Position numbers and translations under genes: made by a program. 64,000 bases of DNA from contig CM022671.1 in the NCBI GenBank assembly GCA_012295275.1, positions 10,416,001 through 10,480,000 on the forward strand, written 5' to 3'. The notes under the pieces were generated by a model, which made no database searches, was not told the origin of the DNA, and saw only the letters and a program-made list of their open reading frames with translations. The stretch's first letter is position 1, and every line of letters begins with the position of its first letter. Positions 54,754 to 64,000 of this stretch are shown piece after piece. This stretch comes from Chrysomallon squamiferum (taxonomy: Eukaryota; Animalia; Mollusca).

Positions 54754-57700
54754 AAAATGTAACTCAGTCTGATTTGAATTTTTGCATTGTTTCCTTCATG
54801 CTGTATTTATTTTATTTTAAATCTTAATGACTGACTAAATTTTTATAATTTATTTATTTTTAATAATATATATTTTATTATTTATTATTTTCTCTATTAG
54901 TCAGTTTAGAAAACTAAGCTTAACAAATCCTTAATCATATATTAATATCGACACTTGATTAGAATGAAGAAATATTTAATCCTTTTTTTATTACTTAATT
55001 CATATAGTGATATTGAGATTACAATAGAATGACTTAGTACCAGTTAGATAAATTGTATTTATGATAATACATGCTTTAACCATTGTTTTCAGTAGTTTCT
55101 TGAATTATCTATGAATATACCCTCTCATTCAAATTAATGCTAAGTGACTTTTATATTTTATTTGAAAATTTTACTCAATCTGATTTGCATTTGTCGATTG
55201 TTTCCATCATAATATATATATATTTTTTTAAATCTTACCTACTGCAGTTAAACTTTTATTATTTATTCATTTTTAACAATATGATTTATTATTTATTATT
55301 TTCTATTTTAATCAGTTTAGAAGACTATGCTTAACAACAAACCCTTGATACACAGATTAATATCAACATTGAAATAGTCTGATGAAATATTTAATCTTAT
55401 ATCAACAATGAAACCAGTGCAATCATTTCAGCAGTTCTTTTGATGAAAGAGAACTATGAGTTAAAATGGTTTCTAATTTCTAATATCCGAAATAAGGTCT
55501 ATTAATTTGTTGTTACATTTTAGCTTTTAATATCTTATCAGAAATATTTACCTTACTTACTTGTAGAATTTTTAGTTGACAATTTGTGTACAGTTTTCAA
55601 ACTTTAAAGTACTACAGTTTGATTTGAATAAAACCAAAATGGCTAACAATAAATAACCAGATAAAAGAATGTCTTAGTACCAGTTACATAAAGTGTAATT
55701 AGGGTAATACATACTTGAACTATTGTTTCCAGTACTTTCTTGAATTATTTATAAATATACCCACAGTTTCAAATTAATGCTAAGTGATTTTTATATTTTT
55801 GTTGAAAATTTAACTCCTTCATACTATTTCTTTGTTTTCAAAATCTTACCTACTGCAGCTAAACTTTTATTATTTATTCATTTTTAATAATATATGTTTC
55901 ATTATTTATTATTTTCTTTTAGTCAGTTTAGAAGACTAAGTTTAAGAAGAAATATTTAATCTTAGTTTAACAATGAAATCAGTGCCATAATTTTAGCAGC
56001 TCTTTTGATTAAAAAGAACTATCAGTTAAAATGATTTGTAATTTCTAATATCCGAAATAAGCTCTATTATGTTGGTGATATTAACTTTTCTTGCATTTTC
56101 AATTTTAATATTTTCGTCAGAAATATACATCTTACATACTTCTATAATTTTTAATTGTCAATTTCTGTAACCGTTTTCAAAACTGAAGGTACTACTGTTT
56201 CATCTGAATAAAACGAAAATGGCTAGGACAATAACAACAATATTAATAATAATGAAAATGTAGTAGTTCAGTTTATTATAATTTCTCAAGCACTATCCTC
56301 CTGAAAAATAAACTTAATTATGAGGATTTTGAACAAAAATTAATGTTACAGAATTTTTTCTTTTATTACTTAGTTCACAGTATCCTATTTAGATTATGAC
56401 AGAATGTCTTAATATCAGTTTGATCAATTGTAATTATGGTAATACAGACTTAAATTATTCTTTTCGGTAGTTTCCTGAATTATTTATAAATATACCCATA
56501 GTGTCAAATTAATTCTAATTGACTTTTATATTTTTGTTGAAAATTTAACTGTTTGATTTGAATGTATGGATTGTTTCCTTCATACTCTTTTTTTTTGTTT
56601 TGTTTTATTTAAATCTTACCTACTGCACCTAAACTTTTATAATTTATTCATTTTTAATAATATATGTTTTATTATTTATTATTTTCTCTTTTGTTCAGTT
56701 TAGAAGACTAAGCTTAACAACAAATACTTGATGTACAGGTTAATATCAACAGTGAATTAGTTTCAAGAAATGTTTGATCTTACTTCAACAATGAAATCAG
56801 TCAATAATTTCTTCAGCCCTTTTGAGAAAAAATTAAACTGCTATAACAACAAAAAAATAATAATAATGATACAGTAGTTAAAAAAATAAACTTAATTTTC
56901 AGATTACGATAGAATGTCTTAGTATCAGTTTAATAAATTGTATTTCTAATAATACATAATTAATCTATTATTTTCAGTAATTTCTTAAATTATATAAAAA
57001 TCTGACTAATTTTCAAGCAATGCTAACTTTTTTCTTATTATTATTATTGTTGTTTGCTTCCTTTTTGTATCTGATTATTGTTTTTGTTGTCCACATGTTG
57101 GACTATAATATCTGATTCAGGCTATTAACTGTTATGTTTTGGAGGTTTATTTTTTCATTCTATCTACATATCTTACAACAGTTCAGATTCTTATTTCAGT
57201 TATAGACTGGATTTTCAGTATTTGTTACATATTTTGTTAAATCACCTATAAACTACAGCTCATTATTTTGTTAGATTGTAACAATTTGCTAGGTTTTGTA
57301 TAAATTTTACAACTTTGTGGCAATGTCTGATTTAGATTGATTGTTTCAGCAGATAGGATTCATATAGTTTTGTGGGGAATTATTTACACATGAACCCTTG
57401 ATAACAATATCTAATTCAGGTGGTATTTTTAGATTTTCTGATGACTTGATAACAATCTAGCAAAACATCTTAATTCAGACATTATCTACACACATTTGGT
57501 TTCGATATGGTTACAGTAGCATAAAGACAACTAATAAAATAAAATAAAGTATCTGATACTAATGGCACTAACCTGAGTTCATTGTCAACTTTTGTGATTT
57601 CCTTCTGAGGCAGTTTTACCTTCCTTCAAATCTTGTGTCATTTTCACAGTTCAGTTTTCTAGCTGCAGATTACTGAAAATATTAATATATTTTTTTCAAA

Positions 57701-58377
57701 AATAAAAATTAAAATACACCTGGTTTTATTACATAATGTATTTATTGTTGTTATTTAAAATCTGGTTATTAATATGAAAAAAGGTCCCAAATACCTCTTG
57801 TTTCATAATTATCATTTGCTCTAACATTACTGCTCTATCAATATATTGTCACTCAACTCATAGGTGAACATGAGAATTCAGGTAGGCGGGGAAACCAAAT
57901 GTTTTTGTGTGACATTGTCTTTATGGACGAGTATGGTAAGCAATTTTCTGTTCTTATTTTCATTGGGTGTAATGTGCAATTAAACTGTGTCAAAAACATT
58001 TGTTATACCTAAAATTTTAAGGTTTTAATCTGTCTTCCATAGAGATTCTTATTTTGTCTTGTTTCCCCGTATGACCTTACTCATATGACCTTTCTCAAGG
58101 AGCAGAAAATATCATAATTAAATAATTAACGTGAACCTTAACTGAGGTGTTGTGTATATTTCTCCAGTGGATGGATAGACTTATTGATTTATATAGATTG
58201 CTGTCATTTTAGCATTTATATTCCTTGTTAGGTGACCATTAAAGCACCTTGTTACCCTAGCCTGAGCCTTAATAAAACATACAGTGTGTTTATAAAGGTG
58301 TGAGCCCCGTGACAACATGGTCATGACATGTGTGTATCAAAGTAAAGCTTTTTACAAGTCCTAAAGCTATACAGTAT

Positions 58378-58692
58378 TCTAAGAAAGCTGACAAGACCAG
58401 AGTGGTGATTTCACTTCCAAACATAACTGAAAGGATGATGATTCCATATTATTTACTGTGGATGATTTGTCCAAATCTTTTGTACCATGTGTGAGAAATC
58501 TTGTTATTGTTTGATTCTGCTTTGACTATGCACCACAAAGTGAATGCAAAATGTCACTCTCAGCTATAGAAGATCTATAGAATCATCAGGCAGTATCTGA
58601 TCAGTGATGCCACAAAAACACTGGTATATGGCCTTGTGATGTCATGACTGGGCTATTGAATTGGACAATTAAACTGCTTGCCTAATACCTTG
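58378..58692 (+). mobile_element. Mirror copy of the L2 LINE RT remnant
   Basis: Same degenerate L2 translation on the + strand. Confidence 0.8.
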
Positions 58693-59369
58693 GTCAACAT
58701 AAGAAAAATAAATTTATTTGGAAGGTAAATCGATTCTATTCAAGTATGTATCATCTACTAACTTACTTTTCAAACTTAAGATTATGAACAGCAACAAAAG
58801 ATCCAAAAGAAAGTCAATTGTTGTTTTCTGTTGAATTTTCTTTCACTTACTTCAACAGTGCCAAAACCAAATAATGGTGTTTAGAACTCACACAGTGGTA
58901 TTAAATTGTAACATTGTCACCTGGTGACAGAACAACTCACTTTGCCAGCCAGTGGTTACTGAAGCATGACACTTAACAATAACATTTTAGAGTGCAGACT
59001 GAAGCTGTCCAGTCAGTATGACAGCTCTGTGGTGTGAACAGAAACAAGCTGACTGGTCAAACAGGTCAGCTTGTCATGTCAGATGAAGTTAAATGAGAAA
59101 AAAAATTGAAATAAAATACCTGGCTTTTTCTTCTTTAATATCATCTTATAAATTGCAATTTCCTTATAAATATTCACAAGAAATAAATATATAATATTCG
59201 TTTCTCACTTTCTTATCATACAGAATTTTCAAATTAATGCAACAGTTGATGTCAATAAGAATAATTTATTAATTTTAAATGTTTTTTTCTAAATAAGAAA
59301 AATGTATTTCATTTTCTTTATTATTATTATTATTATTATTTACCTTCAACTTAGTATCAATATGGTATG

Positions 59370-59427
<58 letters not shown>

Positions 59428-59834
59428 GGAAATAAATGACAACATTCAGAATTATCTCTGATATGCTGAAAAATGTCTCAGTTCAAGGAGACAGATGCAA
59501 ATGCCAGCAGTTTCTGAAGATGCTGGATAGGTAACACCTGATCAGTGACAAAAGCTATTTTCAAAGAAAGGTTTAGGGTGATAATTTTTAAAAATGTCTC
59601 CAAAAGTCAAAGTGATTTGTTACATAATATTTGTTGTCTTTTTTAAACTTGTATCAGTGTTCAGGTAGTTATTTCATCAATTATTGTAATAAATCATGTT
59701 ACATAATATTTGTTGTCTCTTTTAAACTTGAATCAGTGTTTAGGTAGTTATTTCATCAATTATTGTAATAAATCATAGCCAGTCATCTAAATTTAAAAGT
59801 TTCCCTAGTGTTTTTGAGGGATTATTCTCTAAAA

Positions 59835-61160
59835 TTATGACATGCCCATCTACATGGCAAAACAAAATAATGCTAAAAAACAAAAATCAAAAACTTTACA
59901 AATAAAACTAATCCACTACCAAGTTCAGTCAAACTCAAATATGACATTCTGCAGTGCATACATCACATTAAATTCCTTGAAGAGAATCTGGCCAATTCCA
60001 CTCTCCTTAAAGCCCTCCAAAAGAAAGTAAAATAAATTATTTTATAAAAGCAGCTTTAACATTTGATTTAAACCGTAACAACCAAAAGTGAACATGTCAG
60101 ATGCTAAACTTACGGATTAACTATTATGTAAATTCCATAAAACAATCTGTGCTTTTATATATGCTTATAGATTTAGATATGACTAAATACAATGCAGTCA
60201 ATTGGAGTAGAACAAATTATAAAACTAAACTATTTAAATGTGCAATATTATAATTTTTAAATTTTGTTTCTGGGTTAGCCCAAAGGAATCCCAAAACAGG
60301 GTGAATAATCACAGCCCCAAAACTGGTACTATCCATGCAGGTAGACCAAAAAGGGGTCTTTCATCACCATCAATTATTACTCTGTGTAAATATCCAAATT
60401 TAAAGGCTAACCTGCCAGTTTCTAAAACTCATGCTCCATGCATCACTCCTAAAGTTAATCAACCACCTAAATTATTTGCTGTTTTAAAATCTCCCACATT
60501 TAGGCCTTCTAAATTTTATAAACACCAACATGCACTGTCTGATAAACCACAATGCCTGAAATTGTTAGAATACCTTAATTTTTGGCTCCTCGAATTCACC
60601 ACGGACTAATGAAGACGTACATAAACAGGTCTAAGTAGAATGCTATCCAGAATGCTGGTACCAATCACTTTAAGACAATGGCCATTAATCATAAAAGTAA
60701 TAATAGCAAGAAAACATTTCTAAATATAGATATAAACTGCAATGACCAACAACATTCCTCAACTAGCACGAACCAGTTAAGAAATATGATAAGCTCTATC
60801 CATAAAAAGTTCTCAAAAAGTTAAATATTTTTTTAGAGGAATAAACATTTCAGATAAACGTTTGGCAAGTTAGAAATTATGCCTAAAACAAATACTGTTT
60901 AGGCAGATAAAAAAAACGAACATCGATGTGGGTATAGAATCTGTTGAGACAGCTTTTGAAAAATACCCAAATACAGACCAACCAAAACCATTATTGAATT
61001 AATTGAATTAAGCTTAAGAGTTAACATCTTTGAAGTTAATGGAGAAATTTAATAGCACATTTGTGTCTGCACAATGGGTAGACATTTAGCCCACATTTTG
61101 CCTCTATCTACATCACAGAATGGGAAGAAATGGTATTAAACAAAGCAACCAAGAAGCCAT
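59835..61160 (+). mobile_element. Mirror copy of the decayed I/Nimb-like LINE fragment
   Basis: KFSQTQ at 59921 and YINRSK at 60618; inverted copy of 3530-4860. Confidence 0.4.
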
Positions 61161-61736
61161 TTTTATACCTCAGATATTTAGATGACATTCATATCATTTG
61201 ACAACATTCTAAAGATGAATTCTGAAATATTTTTAATTAGTAAATCAAGAAAATAATAATACAATGTCTTAGTATAAGTTTAATAAATAGTAATCATAAT
61301 AATACAAACTTAATGTGTTATTTTCAGTAGTTTCTTGAACTATATATAAATATAGCTATAGTTTCAAAGCAATGCTAATTGATTTTTTATTTATGTTGCA
61401 AAATTGACTCGGCCTGCTTTGAATAAATGTTTCCTTCATACTGGGTGCATTTTAAATCTTAATGAGACTGGCTGAATTTTTTAAATTTTTATAATTTATT
61501 TACTTTACCAATAGCCATATTCATATTTATTTTTTCGCTTTTAGTCAGTTTTGAAGGCTAAGCTTAACAACCAATGCATGATTCATAGATTAATATCAGC
61601 ACTGCACTGATCTGAAGTAATGTTTAATCTCACTTGAACAATCAAATTAGTGTAACAATTTCAGGAAACCTTTAGATTAAAGAGAAATACTAGTTAAAAT
61701 AGTCTGAAATTTGTACTATATACTATGCATGTATTA

Positions 61737-63669
61737 CACGAGCTATAGCCTAAATGTATCATAAATAGTATCCCTTTAATGTAATAGGTCTAACATGGAG
61801 ACCTAACTTACCGTTATATGTAGCCGTTCTATGATTTACAAAATTTTATGGCCATAGCCCTAAAATATTGTATATGATGCCTGGCAAACGAAATAAATAT
61901 ACTGCACAATTTAAGCTTGCAGTAATTAGATTTGCTGAAAATTCTAACAATTCTGCTGCTGGACGGGAGTATGGAGTCAGAGAAAAACTTGTTAGGGACT
62001 GGAGTAAAATGAGTACTAAATTACTTGAAATGCCAAAAGTGAAGTGTGCTGACAGAGGCAAAAAGTCAAAACATCTGGAAATAGAAAAGACACTTTTTGA
62101 GTCGGTTCAAGCAAGTAGACAAGTAGGCTATATAGTTACAAGGGGTGCTATCCGTTTACAAGCACTTAAGTTAGCTAAGAAGGCAGGAATTACGGATTTT
62201 AAAGCCAGTCCTGGTTGGTGCACGCTGTTCATGAAAAGGCATCATTTAGTCTTAAGACAAAAAACCAAAATCGCCCAGCGCTTACCCAGAGAGCTTGATG
62301 ATAAAATAACAAGTTTTCACAGATTTGTTATCCGTCATAGAGAGAAAAACAAGTATGCTTTGACATGTATTGGCAACATGGATGAAATGCCAATGACGTT
62401 TGACATGCCATCGAATAGAACTGTTAACAAGATAGGAGAAAAAACCGTGCTAGTGAAAACAACAGGCAATGAAAAGTCAAAATTCACCGTTATTTTAGGC
62501 TGTATGGCAGACGGAACGAAGTTAAAACCTATGGTAGTTTTCAAGCGCAAAACTATGCCAAAAGAAAAATTTCCAAAGGGCATATTAATACACGTACATC
62601 CAAAAGGGTGGTTGGATGCGGCCGGATGCAAGCTCTGGGTTAACCAAGTGTGGAGCACTCGTTCAGGTGGATTACAAAAAGAAAAGTCTTTGTTAGCATG
62701 GGACATGTTCAAAGCACACCTGGTTGATTCTGTAAAAGAAGCTGTAAGATGAGAAAATACAGATTTGGCAGTCATCCCTGGGGGCCTGACAAGCATTTCA
62801 CAACCTTTGGATGTCTCAATAAATAAGCCGTTTAAAGACACTGTTCGGCATTTTTGGAATCAGTGGATGCTAAATGGGGACAAGACATTCACAAAAGGTG
62901 GCAATATGAGAGCACCATCACTAGTTACAGTGTGTGAGTGGGTACGTGACGCCTCGCAGCAGTTGGACCCGGCTATAATTGTTAAGGCCTTTCTGAAGTG
63001 TGGAATTTCAAATGCACTAGATGGGACGGAGGATGACTATTTATGGCGCGAACCCAATGCCCTTGCTGATTCCGTTCAAGAAAATAGTCCCACAGGAGAG
63101 GATTCTGGGAATGATGACCCACTTGACAGTGACGATGATCTTTATGATGATGCAATTAACACTGGCGGTATTGAAGAGTGGAATGAACTTTTTGGGGCAA
63201 GCGATAGTGATGGCGAAAAATGACTTTGAAGTCTTTGAATAAACTTTTTGTTACACTAGATTATAGTATTACCTGGTAAATGTTGGATGTTTTGGAATTA
63301 AAATGTTTGTATTGTTGCAATGTTTCATAATTACCAGGATATATAGATCAAGGTCTATTTAAAAATGCGTGTGGATTTCCAGGCATTAGACGTAATTCAG
63401 TATTTAATTAAATTTTGTAGATAAATTCCAAAAGATGTGTTGTTTTATTATTTATTACGGTATTTTACATGAAGGGGCAATTCAAAGTAAGATAATTTGA
63501 AACCTCAAAGACAGTGATTATTTTAGATGCATCCCGTGTAGCAAAAAATAGTCAAAATGGCGACTCTTCAGCAACAGCTACAAAAGCATTACCTATGTAT
63601 AAGTCGACCCCCAAAATATTACCTTAATATAGTCTCCCAAAAATTCGACTTATACACAAGTATATATGG
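61737..63669 (+). mobile_element. Second copy of the pogo transposon, lacking its 5' TIR and with a ~450-bp internal deletion
   Basis: 3' TIR TCGACTTATACACAAGTATATATGG at 63645-63669 followed by (TA)n. On the 5' side, host flank (~61720) joins internal element sequence through a short filler. Sequence equivalent to 523-972 is missing at the 63506/63507 junction. Confidence 0.9.
61874..63223 (+). pseudogene. pogo transposase with an in-frame stop inside the DDE domain
   Basis: ORF-track pieces 61868-62752 and 62765-63223 are in one frame. TGA at 62750-62752 corresponds to CGA (VRRENTDL) in the left copy. The N-terminus RNKYTAQFKLAVIRFAE...VRDW is Brinker-DBD-like. Confidence 0.92.
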
Positions 63670-64000
63670 TATATATATATATATATTACATATTTTTATA
63701 ACTTTTAATTTTCTATTTCTATACACGCATTTTGTTTAATAAAAATAAAAATTATTACAACAAATACAATAATATGCTACAGCTCATTCAGGTTAATATA
63801 TTCTCTAAAGCTCTAAACTCCTGAAAGATAAACTTAATTATGAGGCTATTATACTAAAATTAATGATACAGTTTTCTTTTCTTTATTTAGTTCACATTAT
63901 CATATTTCAGAAATGTCTAAATGATATAAATTGAAATATCTGAATAAATGTTTAAGATAACAACTGTTGAAAACAATGATAGTTATTGCCAGAAACAGTG

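Larger units (their letters stand above)
50597..57030 (-). repeat. Satellite family A in inverted orientation
   Basis: Reverse complement of the same motifs; ORF 55137-55334 mirrors 13635-13832. Confidence 0.9.
55830..64000 (-). repeat. Right arm of the large inverted duplication (runs off the window end)
   Basis: Mirror ORFs (4083-4454 vs 60238-60609; 1640-2146 vs 62335-62841) and collinear nucleotide similarity with scattered substitutions and indels. Confidence 0.93.

Overview
AT-rich eukaryotic (animal, probably invertebrate; inference) repeat-dense DNA in three contigs separated by two 200-N gaps (21398-21597, 50397-50596). No intact host protein gene is evident. The two outer contigs are diverged inverted copies of each other (about 33-8900 vs about 55830-64000, continuing into inverted satellite). 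Each arm carries a pogo-superfamily DD35D transposon, decayed LINE fragments and a candidate non-coding exon. The two transposase copies are broken by different CGA>TGA stops. The interior holds a hierarchical AT-rich satellite that repeatedly carries a 256-bp cassette (terminal inverted repeats plus three hairpins; 9 copies). It also holds a long array of ~38-bp conserved cores with variable A-rich spacers, a 2.1-kb Mutator-like insertion with a 10-bp target duplication and a nested MITE, a chain of candidate exons, an RTE LINE remnant, and two tandem ~90-nt hairpins with compensatory base changes. All alignments and folds were done by eye, so repeat-block boundaries are approximate.
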